Both the position numbers and the translations under genes were made by a program. The notes under the pieces were generated by a model. It saw only the letters and a list, made by a program, of their open reading frames with translations. It did no database searches and was not told where the DNA came from. Shown here piece by piece: positions 54,811 to 57,351 of a stretch of 57,351 nt of DNA (position 1 is the first letter of the stretch; the number at the start of each line of letters is the position of its first letter). The DNA lies in the NCBI GenBank assembly GCA_964637705.1, contig CAZWVM010000003.1, positions 1 to 57,351 on the forward strand, written 5' to 3'. The stretch comes from an uncultured bacterium. GTDB lineage: Bacteria; UBA8481.

Positions 54811-56168
54811 GACAAGGCACCTCGTTCCGCCGCTCGATTCATCTCGCGGCCCAGGATCATCGATTGCAGGATGACATACGCGCCGCGTGCCGTCACCAGC
54901 AGGGGAAAGAAGATCTCGGGCCGGCCGGAAAGAGACAGGAGCGTCAGCGCGAAGAGGGCCACGTCGCGCCCGACCCAGGGCGCCACGCGCGGCAGGATCG
55001 TGCGCCCCGGCCGCCAGCGGTCGCCCAGGATCAGCCCGAGGGCGGTCAGGGTGTCCCCCGAGGCCACGTAGAGCACGTTGACGAGGAACGCCGCCCCGGC
55101 CCAGTTCCATGAGCCCGTGCCCAGAGCGATCCCGAGGAAGACCGCGTACTCGCCGGCCATGTCCCCGAGCCGGTCGTACCATCCCCCGCGATAGGATCCC
55201 CGGTGCTTGAGCCGCGCGATCTCGCCGTCGATGCCGTCCACCACGGAGTGCAGGTGGACCAGGAGCCCGCCGGCCGCGAAGTGCCCCGCGGCGAGAAGCG
55301 CGGCGCCGGCGGCGCCGAAGAGGAACGCGATGAGCGTCGCCGCGTCGGGCGAGAGCCCGGTGCGCGCGAGTCGCCTCGTGAGGGCGAGCGAAACGGGGCG
55401 GTTGAAAATCCTGGAGACGGGACCGTCTCTCCCCTTCCCGAGCCGCGCCAGGAGGCGCGCCTCGGCGATGGGCAGCATCTCCGGCGTGTCCACGTCGATC
55501 CAGGAGGCTCCATCGACGGAGAGCGTCCGCATCCGGTCCGCTTCGCAGAGAACCTGGTTTCCGGCCGAGAGCGACGTGTTGCCCCTCTTCTCGGCTTCCC
55601 GGAGGGCCGCGAAGATCCCCGAGGTCATCCGGAAGCAACCGGTATCGATGGCGTTGTATCGCTCGAGCTGCTTGCCGATCCGCACGATCCTTCCCGTCTC
55701 GCCGTCCTGTATCACCTCGACCTTGGTCGCATCGTCCAGGTCCGGACAGTCGTCGATTCGTCCATCCACGGCCAGGATCGCCCCTTCGGGTGGAGGGTTC
55801 GCGGCCGCCAGCCTGCGAAGAATCGCCGGTTCGACGAGGTGATCGGCCATGAGGACGAGGAAGTCCTCGGATCCGATCTCGTCCTCGGCCGCCAGGATCG
55901 AGAGCCCGTTGGCCTCCTCGTAGCGCGGGTTCTCCACGTAACGGACCCGGTCGAGAACCGGCGGCGGAAGCGCCGCGGCGAGACCGTCGCGGATTTCCGC
56001 CGCGCGATAGCCCACCACCACCACGACCGTCTCGAGCCCGGCCTCGAGCGCCGTAAGGATGACGCGGGCCAGGAGCGGCACGCCCAGCAAGGGGATCAGG
56101 GGCTTGGGAAGCCGGTCGTCGCTCGTGATCCTCGTGCCCTTGCCCGCCGCGATGACGACCGCCTTCAT
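54807..56168 (-). CDS. Bifunctional NTP-transferase / CDP-alcohol phosphotransferase (IPCT/DIPPS-like)
   Basis: N-terminal IAAGKGTR, PKPL, MADH and WIDVDTPE; linker DGPVSRIFNRPVS; C-terminal DGIDGEIARLKHRGSYRGGWYDRLGD (CDP-alcohol signature). Confidence 0.92.
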   Translation of the reverse strand: MKAVVIAAGKGTRITSDDRLPKPLIPLLGVPLLARVILTALEAGLETVVVVVGYRAAEIRDGLAAALPPPVLDRVRYVENPRYEEANGLSILAAEDEIGSEDFLVLMADHLVEPAILRRLAAANPPPEGAILAVDGRIDDCPDLDDATKVEVIQDGETGRIVRIGKQLERYNAIDTGCFRMTSGIFAALREAEKRGNTSLSAGNQVLCEADRMRTLSVDGASWIDVDTPEMLPIAEARLLARLGKGRDGPVSRIFNRPVSLALTRRLARTGLSPDAATLIAFLFGAAGAALLAAGHFAAGGLLVHLHSVVDGIDGEIARLKHRGSYRGGWYDRLGDMAGEYAVFLGIALGTGSWNWAGAAFLVNVLYVASGDTLTALGLILGDRWRPGRTILPRVAPWVGRDVALFALTLLSLSGRPEIFFPLLVTARGAYVILQSMILGREMNRAAERGALS

Positions 56169-56815
56169 CGCGTGCTCCTCCAGAAGGCGATCCACTGGGG
56201 GACAAGAAGGAGTGGTGAGGCGATGACGATCCAGAGCGCGGCCGCCTCGTGGCCGCTCGACAGTCCGGCGGCGAGAGCAAGCCACGCGAACTCCTCGCCC
56301 ACGGGCCAGGGATAGGGCGTCGCGAAAAAGAGCCGGTTCATCGCCTTCACGGTTTCCGGCGAGCTCTCCCGCCGGCGGGAGGGGATCTCGACGACGAGCG
56401 AGATCGCGGAGTAGGGAAAGACGTTGCAGGATATCGCGGCGCAGAGGCCCAGCGGCAGGTTTCCAGCCGCGTGACCGGCGAGGATCATGACGAGGGATTC
56501 GAGAACGCGGCGCATCAGGTAGAATCGGCGTTGCGCCAGGATCGATCCCGCCTCGTCCAGCGCCGCCGGAACGAGGACGAGGTACGCGACGATCGCGCCG
56601 GCGGCCAGAACCGCCTGGTGACGCAGCAGGGCTGCGGCCATCGTCAAGGCCGCCGCCAGGAAGAGAACCGACACGAGAGGGCGGGGCAGGAATCGGAGGG
56701 AGCGGCCCAGCGGCGCGAGCGCGAATCGCGAGAGGATCGATCCCCTCTCGAACAGGCCCATCACGCTCGACTCGGGTGATACCGGCACGGCCGCTCTGGC
56801 TTCGTCGTGAAGCAT
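56165..56815 (-). CDS. Integral membrane protein, possibly a degenerate CDP-alcohol phosphotransferase homologue
   Basis: About 5-6 hydrophobic segments; AALDEAGSILAQRR is loosely similar to DxxDGxxAR; ATGA overlap with the downstream gene. Confidence 0.6.
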   Translation of the reverse strand: MLHDEARAAVPVSPESSVMGLFERGSILSRFALAPLGRSLRFLPRPLVSVLFLAAALTMAAALLRHQAVLAAGAIVAYLVLVPAALDEAGSILAQRRFYLMRRVLESLVMILAGHAAGNLPLGLCAAISCNVFPYSAISLVVEIPSRRRESSPETVKAMNRLFFATPYPWPVGEEFAWLALAAGLSSGHEAAALWIVIASPLLLVPQWIAFWRSTR

Positions 56816-56891
56816 GCGATCATTATAGGCTTCGCGGGCGCTTCAGAAAGCGGGCTTTTCAGGCGGAGACTCACGCCATACTCTTTCCCTC
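56816..56891. promoter_or_regulatory. Back-to-back putative leaderless promoters
   Basis: Minus-strand TATAAT (56822-56827) 6 nt before ATG 56815; plus-strand CATACT (56877-56882) 9 nt before ATG 56892. Confidence 0.5.
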
Positions 56892-57351
56892 ATGACCGGC
56901 GGCCGCACCGACATCTCGATCTTCATCACCAACTGGAACGGCCTCTCGAACGGTTACATCCCCGAGGCTTTTCCCTCGATCCGTGACGCGGCGGCGGCCT
57001 ATACGAAGGGTGATTGCGAGGTCGTCGTCGTCGATGACTGCAGCCCGGACGGGAGCGTCGCGTGGATCCGGGAGAACTTCCCCGGGTTCCGGGTCGTCGT
57101 GCCCGAGAGAAATCTGGGGTACCAGGAGGCCTCGAACTTCGCCGTCCGGCACTGCCGCCACGGGATCCTCGTCTCCCTGAACAACGACATCAAGCTCGAG
57201 AAGGGTGTCCTGAATCGCATCGTCGAGCACTTCGCCGACCCCGAGGTCTTCGCCGTCAGCACCAAGGTCTTTCTCTGGGACGAGCGGACCTACCTCGCGG
57301 GGCGCCGCTACTTCACGCTCGAGCGCGGACTCTTCCAGCTCCACGACGCCG
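56892..57351 (+). CDS. GT2 glycosyltransferase (partial, runs off the window)
   Basis: Translated manually: MTGGRTDISIFITNWNG...VVVDDCSPDGS...RNLGYQEASN...LNNDI; not in the ORF track because it is truncated. Confidence 0.87.
   Translation, partial: MTGGRTDISIFITNWNGLSNGYIPEAFPSIRDAAAAYTKGDCEVVVVDDCSPDGSVAWIRENFPGFRVVVPERNLGYQEASNFAVRHCRHGILVSLNNDIKLEKGVLNRIVEHFADPEVFAVSTKVFLWDERTYLAGRRYFTLERGLFQLHDA

Noticed and set aside
175-55842. Many long antisense or alternate-frame ORFs in the track (e.g. 175-1143, 4139-5404, 16942-18078, 35799-37640, 46825-48492, 55203-56315)
   Set aside because: They shadow motif-bearing genes, are Arg/Pro/Gly-rich or mirror codon bias, and have no recognisable motifs, as expected in high-GC DNA.
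54807-56168. IPCT/DIPPS as proof of a hyperthermophilic host
   Set aside because: The family is not exclusive to thermophiles and its operon context points to glycan modification.
1-57351. CRISPR arrays, rRNA/tRNA genes, transposases, integrases
   Set aside because: No regularly spaced repeats, tRNA-like folds or DDE/recombinase motifs were seen; intergenic gaps are under about 260 bp.

Overview
GC-rich (roughly 65-70% by eye) bacterial DNA. Essentially the whole window is one very large surface-glycan/glycoconjugate biosynthesis and tailoring locus of about 50 genes in 12 alternating-strand blocks. It encodes an AlgD-like NDP-sugar dehydrogenase, four Gfo/Idh/MocA oxidoreductases, an NAD-dependent epimerase, two DegT aminotransferases, a GNAT, a NeuB-family nonulosonate synthase, two SpsF-like cytidylyltransferases and GT2/GT4/CgeB-like glycosyltransferases. 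Tailoring genes include ten class I methyltransferases, two B12 radical SAM enzymes, a carbamoyltransferase, two formyltransferases, three amidotransferase-type enzymes, three SGNH proteins, a deacetylase and DUF4910. Standout features: (i) an inositol arm (ino1 heading an operon with a B12 radical SAM enzyme, dehydrogenase and aminotransferase, plus a distant IPCT/DIPPS-type fusion), suggesting inositol/aminocyclitol-phosphate decoration of a glycan; (ii) a Cys-less radical SAM/SPASM protein with spiro-SPASM-like architecture next to a cytidylyltransferase; (iii) a 177-bp MITE inserted at the carbamoyltransferase stop codon whose terminal repeat supplies a replacement in-frame ATG for a downstream microprotein; (iv) a second inverted-repeat element in a divergent promoter region; (v) an internally deleted GT-C gene; (vi) apparently leaderless promoters at most operon heads. 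No rRNA, tRNA, CRISPR, transposase, flippase, polymerase or ABC exporter was recognised. All protein calls come from motif recognition by eye; no database searches were run.
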